DNA from: Promethearchaeota archaeon
Lineage (GTDB): Archaea > Asgardarchaeota > Lokiarchaeia > Sigyniarchaeales > SOKP01
DNA: 34,971 nucleotides
Assembly: GCA_016840165.1 (NCBI GenBank)
Contig: JAEOSU010000085.1
Span: 1-34,971 of the forward strand
Direction of reading: 5' to 3'
Part shown: piece by piece, positions 9,962 through 18,730 of the stretch
How positions within the stretch are numbered: position 1 is the first letter of the stretch
How the letters are laid out: each line of letters opens with the position of its first letter
The notes under the pieces: model-generated
The model's input: the letters and a program-made list of their open reading frames with translations, nothing else
What the model was told of the DNA's origin: nothing
Databases searched by the model: none
Position numbers and translations under genes: made by a program

Positions 9962-10666
9962 ATGATAATTACCCAACTAAAAGATATTGACGAAATTTAC
10001 GAAATGATAAAACCATACGATAAGATTCTTATCGCTGGTTGTGATGGATGCTGTCAACCACCCCGTTCACTCAATGAAGCAAAGACTCTTGGCCAACTAC
10101 TAGAATTAAAAGCAAGAACTGAGTCAAAGGTTTTAAAGTGGAAAGCAATAACAGTTCTTCGGCAATGTGATGACAGAATTGCTGCCACTACAGTTAAACC
10201 ACACGCAGAAAACTATGATGCGATCCTTTCCTTAGCATGCGGTCTTGGAGTTGTTATGCTCAATAAGGTTATTGAAGATAAATTAACCTTTCCTTCTCAA
10301 GACAGTCACTTTGGAGGAGTACAAAACAACGGAGAAAATTATTTCATTGAATACTGTGAAGAATGCGGTGATTGTGTCATAGGGGAGACTGGAGGTGTCT
10401 GTCCGAGAGCTGGTTGTGCGAAACATTTAAGTAATGGTCCTTGTGGAGGAATGGTTGATGGAATGTGTGAAGTCGGTGGTTATACCATCCCGTGTGCGTG
10501 GGTACGTATTTATGAGCGTTTAAAAAAGTTTAATAGGTTAGATCTATTTAAGAAATATCGCCCACCACGAGATTATCGAACCTCGACGAGTCCTGGTTAT
10601 ATTCCCATTTATAAAGAATATGGGAATGAGGACGAAGAAGAACAAAAAGAGGAGGCGAAAACATAG
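9962..10666 (+). CDS. metV: Methylenetetrahydrofolate reductase Fe-S/Zn subunit MetV (copy 1)
   Basis: GCDGCC, RQCD, SLACGLGV, CEECGDC..GGVCP..CAKHLSNGPCGG..CEV..CAW; directly abuts metF. Confidence 0.9.
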   Translation: MIITQLKDIDEIYEMIKPYDKILIAGCDGCCQPPRSLNEAKTLGQLLELKARTESKVLKWKAITVLRQCDDRIAATTVKPHAENYDAILSLACGLGVVMLNKVIEDKLTFPSQDSHFGGVQNNGENYFIEYCEECGDCVIGETGGVCPRAGCAKHLSNGPCGGMVDGMCEVGGYTIPCAWVRIYERLKKFNRLDLFKKYRPPRDYRTSTSPGYIPIYKEYGNEDEEEQKEEAKT

Positions 10667-11617
10667 ATGGGAAAACGTCCAGCATACAGTCAATTATGTA
10701 AAGCGATTGAAGAAGGGCATTTCGTCTTTACTGGCGAGCTTGAACCAAAAAAAATCTTGGATCTAAGTGAGATCTTTCACTCTGCAGAAGAGATGAAGAA
10801 AACTGGTAAAATAGTAGCTGCTAATGTCACTGATGGTCCTCAAGGCGATGCATATATGTCTTCGCTCGTTCCAAGTTATTTAATACAAGAAAAAGTTGGA
10901 ATCGAAGCAGTCTGGCAGGTAACTGTTCGTGATAGAAATCGTGTGGCGCTCTTCGGAGATGTGGTTGCAGGATCGGTTTTGGGATTAAAAAATATCTTAA
11001 CTCTAACTGGTGATCATACTGCTCTAGGGGATCACAAAAAAGGTCGTGCGGTATATGATATTGACAGCACTCAATTTTGTGAAATGCTTTCAATAATGAT
11101 TGATGAAGGAACGGATTATGAGGGCAATGAAATAGAGGGAGGTAAGATAGAGATGAATTTTGGATGTGTCGCAAATCCCAATAGTAATCCACGAGAACCT
11201 GAAATCCTTAAAGTCGGTCGAAAGGTAGAACAAGGTGTTGATTTTATTCAGACCCAGACCGCCTTTGATATAGATGAGGCAAAAGCTTTCTTGAAGGAAT
11301 TGGAACAGTTCAATGTCCCTGTCTTACTGGGAGTTTTTCCGTTGAAGAGCTATGGGATAGCATGGTATTTCGATAAATTTATACCTGGTGTAAGTGTCCC
11401 AAAAGACCTACTAAAATCATTAAAAAAGGCAGAGAAAGATAATAAAGGAAATAAGCCTGGCAAATATGCAGCTCTCGATAAGATTAATATCGAATTCTTT
11501 AATCCCTTTATCGAGGAGATCAAGAAAACTACAAAAGCAGCGGGCATCCATTGTATGGCCGTAGAATATGAAAGGTTATTCGATCCTCTGCTTAAAAAAT
11601 ATCCTAAATATGTATAG
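10667..11617 (+). CDS. metF: Methylenetetrahydrofolate reductase MetF (copy 1)
   Basis: TGELEP, NVTD, QVTVRDRNR, LTGDH, ANP, DFIQTQ, GIHCM. Confidence 0.93.
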   Translation: MGKRPAYSQLCKAIEEGHFVFTGELEPKKILDLSEIFHSAEEMKKTGKIVAANVTDGPQGDAYMSSLVPSYLIQEKVGIEAVWQVTVRDRNRVALFGDVVAGSVLGLKNILTLTGDHTALGDHKKGRAVYDIDSTQFCEMLSIMIDEGTDYEGNEIEGGKIEMNFGCVANPNSNPREPEILKVGRKVEQGVDFIQTQTAFDIDEAKAFLKELEQFNVPVLLGVFPLKSYGIAWYFDKFIPGVSVPKDLLKSLKKAEKDNKGNKPGKYAALDKINIEFFNPFIEEIKKTTKAAGIHCMAVEYERLFDPLLKKYPKYV

Positions 11618-11719
11618 GAGGTAAACGGAATTCTTAAATAATAAATTTTTATTAATAAAATATTTTTTTTTACCCATTTTGTAGAATTTAAATAATTAAG
11701 GATTGAGAATGTGATGACC

Positions 11720-12196
11720 ATGAAAAATTTAGATGATAAAGACAAACGGATTTTAGAAATGCTCATCGAAGATTCAAGACGACCATATAAAGAAATCTCT
11801 GATATACTTGCAAAAGAGGGAATTCCCTTATCAGAATCGACAGTAAGGAAACGAGTATTAAAGTTACAAGAAGATGGAGTAATAGAAAAATTCACGATTA
11901 AAGTCTGTAGAGAAGATGAGCGATGCATCATAGCATTTTTAACCATCATTCCGAAAACAGAATCAGAAATCAAAGAACTATTAAGAGAAACACAAATTTT
12001 ACCCCAATGTGAAGAAGTATATTTTCTTGCGGGACAATGCGGCGTTCTTGTGAAAGTAAATGTCCCAGAAATTAATGAACTTGATGCTCTAGTAGAAAGT
12101 TTTCGGGCGAGGAGTGACATAAAAAACGTGGAGAGAGTTTGTGTGGTTTTAAAACCAATCAAAACAATTTCACGAAACGAGCGGATACCTCTCTAA
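11720..12196 (+). CDS. Lrp/AsnC family transcriptional regulator
   Basis: LDDKDKRILEML..DSRRPY..LSESTVRKRVLKL..GVIEKF plus RAM domain; ATG 11720 preferred over GTG 11711, which looks like part of the RBS. Confidence 0.92.
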   Translation: MKNLDDKDKRILEMLIEDSRRPYKEISDILAKEGIPLSESTVRKRVLKLQEDGVIEKFTIKVCREDERCIIAFLTIIPKTESEIKELLRETQILPQCEEVYFLAGQCGVLVKVNVPEINELDALVESFRARSDIKNVERVCVVLKPIKTISRNERIPL

Positions 12197-12297
12197 AAAA
12201 GAGGTATATTATAATCCAAAAGTTCATTTGTTCCACTACTTTTAAATCATTTAATATTAATCGCCTGAATTGACTATAATCATAATTCTAAATTCTT

Positions 12298-13080
12298 ATG
12301 ATATATTCCGATGATGATTGGAAAGGCGTTAAACCTTTACATCCACCGAGTTATGATAAGTCTAAATACAATATAGTATTTGACCAGCATTCGCATACAC
12401 ATTATAGTGATGGTAAATTAACTATTAAGCAGAATGTGGAATGGCATATTGCAATGGGATTTAATGCGTTGGCAATAACCGATCATAACAATATGAAACA
12501 TTTAGAACGAATAGATAAAGTTAGAGCCTATTATCGTGATATAAATATTATCATTCTAAGCGGAATTGAATGGAGCACAAATCGGATTCATTTAAACTTT
12601 TTAGGTATTCCACATTGGAACGATAAAATTAAATATAAACCAACTGACGACCAGATTATTGCTGCAATTTCTAAGGCCCACGATCTTGGCGGGATTGTTG
12701 TTTGTAATCATATACCTTGGAGCATCAACGAATTTCATATGAAGACACACCCAACGCGTGAGACCCTATTAGAATGGGGTATTGATTATTTTGAGATTGT
12801 AAACGATGATTGTAAGCCAGAAAACGTGTATGATCAAGAGTCCTATAATTTCTGCTCTCAGCATAAAGATATGGTAGGTATGTTAACTGGTACAGACATG
12901 CACATACCGGATGGTTTGATGAGTGGTGGAGTACACGGTTGGACATTAATGAATCTTAAGGAATTCTCTGAGGAAGCACTAATGGAGGAATTAAAGAACA
13001 AAAACACTAAAATACTTTATTCAAAAAATCCTTATCTGTATCCTGGAATCCATTTAAAAAATTTTAAAGAGGAACATTAA
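12298..13080 (+). CDS. PHP domain metal-dependent phosphoesterase
   Basis: DQHSHTHYSDG, AITDHN, SGIEW, H, NH, GTDMH. Confidence 0.9.
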   Translation: MIYSDDDWKGVKPLHPPSYDKSKYNIVFDQHSHTHYSDGKLTIKQNVEWHIAMGFNALAITDHNNMKHLERIDKVRAYYRDINIIILSGIEWSTNRIHLNFLGIPHWNDKIKYKPTDDQIIAAISKAHDLGGIVVCNHIPWSINEFHMKTHPTRETLLEWGIDYFEIVNDDCKPENVYDQESYNFCSQHKDMVGMLTGTDMHIPDGLMSGGVHGWTLMNLKEFSEEALMEELKNKNTKILYSKNPYLYPGIHLKNFKEEH

Positions 13081-13092
13081 AACGAATTTCAC

Positions 13093-14127
13093 TTAATCTA
13101 AGCTCAAATACCGAACTTTTCCATCATCTTCTAACTTCTTAACTTTACCTAAATCTTCAAGATATAAAAGATGTCCTAAAACTTCACTTAAAGCCATATA
13201 TGAGTTAATTTCATCTAAATCAGTACCGAAATGTTTTTGAGATATTTCAAAGGGACTTAATGGATTTTGCTTTATCAAATCCAATATTTCCCTCAGTCTA
13301 TTTTTATGATGCTCTTTGATTTCTAAAATCCTTTCGTGTGGATTGAATATTATTTCTTGATGCGCAGGAAATATGATTTGTGGATTCAACGCATCAATTT
13401 TGTCTAAAGAACTTAAATAATATTTTAAAATGTTATTAAAATCAAAATCGCGATATTTATCATGTAAAAATTCATTAACAATAAAATTTCCGATATGGGG
13501 CGTAATACGACTGAGAATATGATCTCCTGAAAATAAAAACTTACTTTTTTTATCGAAAATACAAATATGGCCAAAGCTGTGCCCTGGAGTCCATATTACT
13601 TGCAAATTTTCAAGAATAATGTCCCCATCGTTAACGATAATATCCGGTTTCTGATATACTAAAAATTGTGGCCAATAAGTGAAAAATTGTACTACTTTCT
13701 TCCCTTGTTCCTTTGAAATACCGTATTTTAATATCTGCTCCGCAATCTCTGCAGCTTTTTGTTTCAAATCGACCAAATTAGCTTTATTAGTCTCCCATTT
13801 TAATAATTCATAGGATATATCATGCATAATAATTTTCAAGTTTGGATTTTGTTCTTTTAATATATTTGCTAATCCAATATGATCGATGTGAATATGAGAA
13901 ATGAAACAATAATCGATATCATTTATATCGATTTTTAATTCCCTGAGTGATTCAAAAAACCTTTTTCGCCAGTTTCCCATATTTAAACCCGAATCAATTA
14001 AAACTAATTTATCTCCAACCTTAAATAGATAAACACAAACATACTTTACCGCAAAAGGGACATCTATCTTAATCTGATATACTCCCTCAATTTCATTAAT
14101 CTCGGATTTAAATTTATGCAATCTCAA
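13093..14127 (-). CDS. Metallo-beta-lactamase-fold hydrolase with C-terminal winged helix
   Basis: LIDSG, SHIHIDH, TPGHSFGH, FSGDH, PAH. Confidence 0.92.
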   Translation of the reverse strand: MRLHKFKSEINEIEGVYQIKIDVPFAVKYVCVYLFKVGDKLVLIDSGLNMGNWRKRFFESLRELKIDINDIDYCFISHIHIDHIGLANILKEQNPNLKIIMHDISYELLKWETNKANLVDLKQKAAEIAEQILKYGISKEQGKKVVQFFTYWPQFLVYQKPDIIVNDGDIILENLQVIWTPGHSFGHICIFDKKSKFLFSGDHILSRITPHIGNFIVNEFLHDKYRDFDFNNILKYYLSSLDKIDALNPQIIFPAHQEIIFNPHERILEIKEHHKNRLREILDLIKQNPLSPFEISQKHFGTDLDEINSYMALSEVLGHLLYLEDLGKVKKLEDDGKVRYLSLD

Positions 14128-14231
14128 GCCTTAGTTGTATCTTTTCCAATAAAATAAGAAATTAATTAAAGAATTTTTAGTTTTTTAAATTGAAAACATA
14201 ATAAATTTAGAATAAATAAAAAATAATAATT

Positions 14232-14948
14232 TCATTCTTTTTCCTTCAAACCGAAATATAATAACCAGAAACTCAATAAATACCCAATTCTAACAATCAC
14301 AACATAAATATCTGGGGCAGTTAAACCTTCTATTAGGCCAAAAATACAAAAGCAAAACGCTCCAATTGATATTAGAAATAATTTCTTTCTCAGAAAGCCT
14401 GTAGCTTTTACACTTTTTATAAGAAATCCAAGGCCTAAAATCATCGTGACACTTAACAAGAAGATTGCCATCAATATTCCTGCCAATGAAAATGTATTTA
14501 CGTTATAATCAATTAGAGCATCTCCAGAAATCGTGGGGGGATTAAAATCAAACGCCCTAAACGGATCTAAAAATATGACTACATCAAAGATTATTCCTAA
14601 AACTACAAAAATCGAAAGTAGATACCATTTTTTTTTTAAACTTAATAGTCGAGTTCCAATATAAATAGAAGTTATTATAGCAGGTGCTAGCCAAATATAA
14701 CTTAATAAAGCGACAACTCCATATGTATTTTCAATATTATTTTCTGTAATCAGAACAATTAAAAAATCTAAAAATACACCCAAATACATTAATCCTGCAA
14801 AAATAGTTGCTAATCCTAAATATGTGATAATATTCGCTTCAGATTTTTTTGATTTATATATGAAAAAGGAACCAAAAATCAGACCAAATAATACTACTCC
14901 AGTCGCTGTCAATCCATCTATCCAACCTAAAACAGAGAGCATTAACAT
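14232..14948 (-). CDS. Stand-alone 7-TM membrane protein of unknown function
   Basis: Seven hydrophobic segments with basic cytoplasmic loops; ATG 14948 preferred over GTG 14957. Confidence 0.8.
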   Translation of the reverse strand: MLMLSVLGWIDGLTATGVVLFGLIFGSFFIYKSKKSEANIITYLGLATIFAGLMYLGVFLDFLIVLITENNIENTYGVVALLSYIWLAPAIITSIYIGTRLLSLKKKWYLLSIFVVLGIIFDVVIFLDPFRAFDFNPPTISGDALIDYNVNTFSLAGILMAIFLLSVTMILGLGFLIKSVKATGFLRKKLFLISIGAFCFCIFGLIEGLTAPDIYVVIVRIGYLLSFWLLYFGLKEKE

Positions 14949-15093
14949 ATTATCCACATCTTCTAAATATATCTCTAAAATTAAATTTCTAAATATTTTA
15001 AAAAATATATAAAAGCAGCTTTATTTATATATTCACTTTTAGAAATAGCTAAATTCGATATTTTGATGGAATTAATTAATCTAAACTAGATTG

Positions 15094-15360
15094 TTAATCT
15101 TTCTCAGCATCAAAAAATAGTGATTTTTTCATATCAAATTCTAAATCTCTGAGCTTTCTCTGAATCTCTTTTGAGTCATAATCCTTTTTCAGTAAATCAA
15201 TTATGACTTCTTTTAAATTTTCTAAATTGTCAATAGCACATTGATAAAAAATATTGTCTCTATCAATGCTCATATTTAAAATTTCAAATAATCCGTTAAG
15301 CGATTCGTTAATTTTCTTGTAATACTTCCATGCTTGTTCTAAATCTGAATCTTTTTCCAT
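15094..15360 (-). CDS. Small helical hypothetical protein
   Basis: 88-aa charged amphipathic ORF with ATG start, co-oriented with neighbours. Confidence 0.75.
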   Translation of the reverse strand: MEKDSDLEQAWKYYKKINESLNGLFEILNMSIDRDNIFYQCAIDNLENLKEVIIDLLKKDYDSKEIQRKLRDLEFDMKKSLFFDAEKD

Positions 15361-15405
15361 AGTTGTCAGATATAAATAAAATAAGAGAGTAAAAAAATTT
15401 TACTT

Positions 15406-15762
15406 TTATAACAATTGCTTTATTCTTTTTGAAAGTTCTTTTGCATCGGGTTCAGAAGACTCTAAAAGCTTAAACACCTCTCCAGGATTGACCTTCAATC
15501 CGCCATGAAGAAGTTTCTCTAAACCAATTCGAGTATTTAATCTTTCGTTCTTCTGTAAATGAAAAATTACCATTCCAAGTTGGTTCTTTAAAGCACCACC
15601 TTCTGCTTCTAAACAAATCCTTAAGAGAGCAGGACATAATTCTTCAATTGTATCCATACTGATTTCACTAGCTAATGAATATAATTCCGCTAATTTTTCA
15701 TCAGAAATTGTTTCCATTTTTTGTTTAATTTCTAACATTTCTATACTCATGTTTTTTCTCAT
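15406..15762 (-). CDS. Small helical hypothetical protein
   Basis: 118-aa ORF; GGATGA RBS-like motif suggests the second Met (MSIEM) is the true start. Confidence 0.75.
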   Translation of the reverse strand: MRKNMSIEMLEIKQKMETISDEKLAELYSLASEISMDTIEELCPALLRICLEAEGGALKNQLGMVIFHLQKNERLNTRIGLEKLLHGGLKVNPGEVFKLLESSEPDAKELSKRIKQLL

Positions 15763-15819
15763 CCTTTTTTATGTTTTTATTACTAATTTAATTAGAGATA
15801 AATTCATATATAAATGTAT

Positions 15820-16113
15820 CGGGATAAAATCCGTTCCCAGATCAACGCTTTGGGTTAAAATATAGGAAAACTTGCGTTTTTGGAGACAGAAATAAATGAA
15901 TTAATCGACAGTTTTCGTCATCCCACTAAAATGGGAGGAAAACCGATTTTTAATAATAATAATTGAATGAAAGTCGAAAAATAATTGTGATTTTTTTAAC
16001 AAATTATGATTTTTCGATTCCTTTTTTTGACTGATTCGGTACTTTCTCAATAAAAAATTATCTTTTTCCCTAATAGATAAGAGGAAATAAGTACCCAAAA
16101 AGTGATCAAAAAA
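15820..16113. ncRNA. Candidate structured non-coding RNA (serial hairpins), strand uncertain
   Basis: Three consecutive imperfect stem-loops at 15903-15948, 15974-16017 and 16023-16113 within a 592-bp intergenic region. Confidence 0.35.
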
Positions 16114-16354
16114 CAAAAAAAATCATTGAATAATTTATTAAATCCTTAATTCTATTAAAAAAAATTCAAATATTGGATAAAATTATCATTTAAATGTCAT
16201 AAATTTAAATTATATATTATAATATGATAAAAAAATAGGAATTAATATTAAATATCGCTCTTTTTATCAAAAAATCTTTTAACTATACATTTTCTCAATT
16301 TCAATAAAAATATAAACATCTACTTATATTATTCTATTTAAAATAATTACATAG

Positions 16355-17860
16355 GTGTTAGTTATAAAAGAACGAGAAATCGAAAAAGAACTCTCACGTG
16401 TGATAAAAAAGGAGCGATTCCAAGGAAAGTTAACTAAATATATGACAAGCTGGGGGAAACTTCTTCTCTATATCTTACCAATAGTATTAGTAATAATGGC
16501 AATACTTACACTTTTAAACATCGCAATCCTAGACATTACTCTAAAAATTATTTTCATTGTTATACTACTGATCTATGGTATAAATTCCATCATTCTAATC
16601 TCTGGTGCATTATCTACAAATAAATCTTTAAAGTTACGGCTTAATTTTGAACGGACACGCGGTCGACCAATCGATAGTCTTGATGGGTTTGATCTTCTCT
16701 TTAGTAGCGTAAAACGCGTGACCAGTCTATTGAAAATTATTGGACTGATTTGTCTTGTTGCATTGGCATTATTTTCTGTTATGATATTTGTTCCTGGGTT
16801 TCTTGATATTGGTTATGCCGCGATCGGATTTGCCTTAGTTGGTTTTGGCTTGGCGCTCCTGATCCGTAGTTTAAATCTCAATATCCATGATGTCAATGGA
16901 CTTCAAGATTTTTATAAGCCTACGACTCATCAGATATTCTTGGATAACTTTTTCAGTGAGATCTTCTCAAATCATTTAGATCCCGTTACCTTTCTCAAAT
17001 GGGATGAATATCTTGCTGGAATAAACAAAATTTTAACTCTATCATTCATCGAACATGTCAAAGAAAAAGAAGAAGATGAATTACCTATAACCTTTGCAAT
17101 TGAATCAATTTTATTCCTTTATTATTTAAAATTCCAAGGCGTATTATCTGATGAACAATTTACCCAAGAATTAAAAGAAATAATCGATGTGGATTCTTTT
17201 GATTTTGATATAAATAGAGGTTTACGAATTGAAGGAGCATGGTATTTTTCGACAAAGGACGTATATAAATTATTTGATTATATAAAAGCTTACAACCCTG
17301 GATTCTTTAGCATCATAGACCGACTTCAACTCGAGCTTGCGGACAATATAGAACGCCTTTCTAATGATCCTATATATATGGATTCCAGCGCACAAGAATA
17401 TACATACGTTAACAGTGAACTTAATGTCATTATTTTTCTCTATAATAATGCTCCTGAAAGTAAGAAATACAAAATAAAAGTTGTTGCTCCCGGGTTTGAT
17501 CCAAGTGAGATGATACTAGATATTGAAGTTGAGGGAAGGGGTACATTTAATATTCCAGATAAACCTATTCCTCTTATTTCTTCGGGGGAAGTCGATATTG
17601 CAGGTGTCCTCTCAACAATGTTAGAAAACGGAGATACTACCTGGTTAACACTTGAACCAAGAGAAGTTGGCGAGCAAACACTTCAAGTGTTTCTTATGGC
17701 AGAAGATGGTACAATTATCGAAGGAAAGACAAAATCTGTAAAAGTTACTAAAAACATTAAAGATTATCTAAAGAAATTAACTTCTTTAGGCTCTCTAGTC
17801 GGCGGACTTGCCGTTCCGATTGCAAGAATGCTACCCTATCTCCTAAATATGGGAGTATAA
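16355..17860 (+). CDS. Membrane protein of unknown function: 4 N-terminal TM helices, helical domain, beta-rich C-terminal domain and hydrophobic tail
   Basis: 501-aa ORF; hydropathy read by eye; start uncertain (GTG 16355 or ATA 16364). Confidence 0.8.
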   Translation: MLVIKEREIEKELSRVIKKERFQGKLTKYMTSWGKLLLYILPIVLVIMAILTLLNIAILDITLKIIFIVILLIYGINSIILISGALSTNKSLKLRLNFERTRGRPIDSLDGFDLLFSSVKRVTSLLKIIGLICLVALALFSVMIFVPGFLDIGYAAIGFALVGFGLALLIRSLNLNIHDVNGLQDFYKPTTHQIFLDNFFSEIFSNHLDPVTFLKWDEYLAGINKILTLSFIEHVKEKEEDELPITFAIESILFLYYLKFQGVLSDEQFTQELKEIIDVDSFDFDINRGLRIEGAWYFSTKDVYKLFDYIKAYNPGFFSIIDRLQLELADNIERLSNDPIYMDSSAQEYTYVNSELNVIIFLYNNAPESKKYKIKVVAPGFDPSEMILDIEVEGRGTFNIPDKPIPLISSGEVDIAGVLSTMLENGDTTWLTLEPREVGEQTLQVFLMAEDGTIIEGKTKSVKVTKNIKDYLKKLTSLGSLVGGLAVPIARMLPYLLNMGV

Positions 17861-18046
17861 ACATCCTTTTTCTTTTTATTTAATTTATTTGATATTTACA
17901 CCAAATTGATTATTAAATTAGTTAAATTGATGAGCAAAATTATCATTAAAACTATCAAAAATAATAATTAAATTTTAATGCATTTCTTAATTTTCTTCAA
18001 TTAGATTATTTACTATTAAATAAATTATTTGAGATGATATCATAAA

Positions 18047-18718
18047 ATGGTAGTAATTACTACAAAAAAGCCCGACGAGGAAGTCTTTGAAGCTTTAGAA
18101 AATTATAAAATAAAAAAGCTCACGCTTGTATCTTGCGCAACATGTGCTGCTTTATGCCAAACAGGTGGAACAGAAGGAGCTAAAGAATGGAAAGACAAAC
18201 TAGAAGAAAAAGGATATGAGATAGAGGCTGTGGTGGTATCTGAAGATGTTTGTGATAATAGAGTTATGAAAAAAGATTTGCGAAAAGTTGATGAAGAAGT
18301 TAAATCATCAGATGCGATCCTGACACTTAGCTGTGGACTCGGAGTTCAATCCATAGTCGAAGTACTCGCAAATAAATACCCCGAAAAACCCGTTCTTGTT
18401 ACTAATAATACAGAATTTATCGGAATGACAGAGAGGATTGGTAGGTTTTACAAACGATGTCAAGCTTGTGGAGATTGTCTTCTAAATTATACAGGGGGGA
18501 TATGTCCCATTGCTACATGTGCTAAAGGTTTAATGAATGGACCATGTGGGGGAATGGTGGATGGAAAATGCGAAGTGGGCAACTATGAAAGAGATTGTGG
18601 TTGGATTTTGATTTTTAATCGATTAAAGGCTATAGGTAGGCTTGATTTGTTTACTAAATTGCGGGAAGCCCGTGATTGGTCCGAAAGTGGCCATCAACAG
18701 GAGGTAATTTTTAGATAA
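18047..18718 (+). CDS. metV: MetV (copy 2)
   Basis: SCATCAALCQTGG, LSCGLGVQ, CQACGDC..GGICP..CAKGLMNGPCGG..CEV..CGW. Confidence 0.92.
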   Translation: MVVITTKKPDEEVFEALENYKIKKLTLVSCATCAALCQTGGTEGAKEWKDKLEEKGYEIEAVVVSEDVCDNRVMKKDLRKVDEEVKSSDAILTLSCGLGVQSIVEVLANKYPEKPVLVTNNTEFIGMTERIGRFYKRCQACGDCLLNYTGGICPIATCAKGLMNGPCGGMVDGKCEVGNYERDCGWILIFNRLKAIGRLDLFTKLREARDWSESGHQQEVIFR

Positions 18719-18730
18719 GAGGTGAAAAAA

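Noticed and set aside
11350-12162. 270-aa minus-strand ORF
   Set aside because: Antisense shadow of metF and the Lrp gene; no motifs
14232-14948. Rhodopsin interpretation of the 7-TM protein
   Set aside because: No retinal-binding Lys motif in helix 7
15967-16035. ATGAA-stem-AA hairpin resembling a eukaryote-like SECIS
   Set aside because: No GA directly 3' of the helix to form the quartet, and no in-frame TGA selenoprotein candidate nearby
15901-16116. 71-aa minus-strand ORF
   Set aside because: Low-complexity F/K-rich translation with TTG start; better explained as non-coding structured sequence
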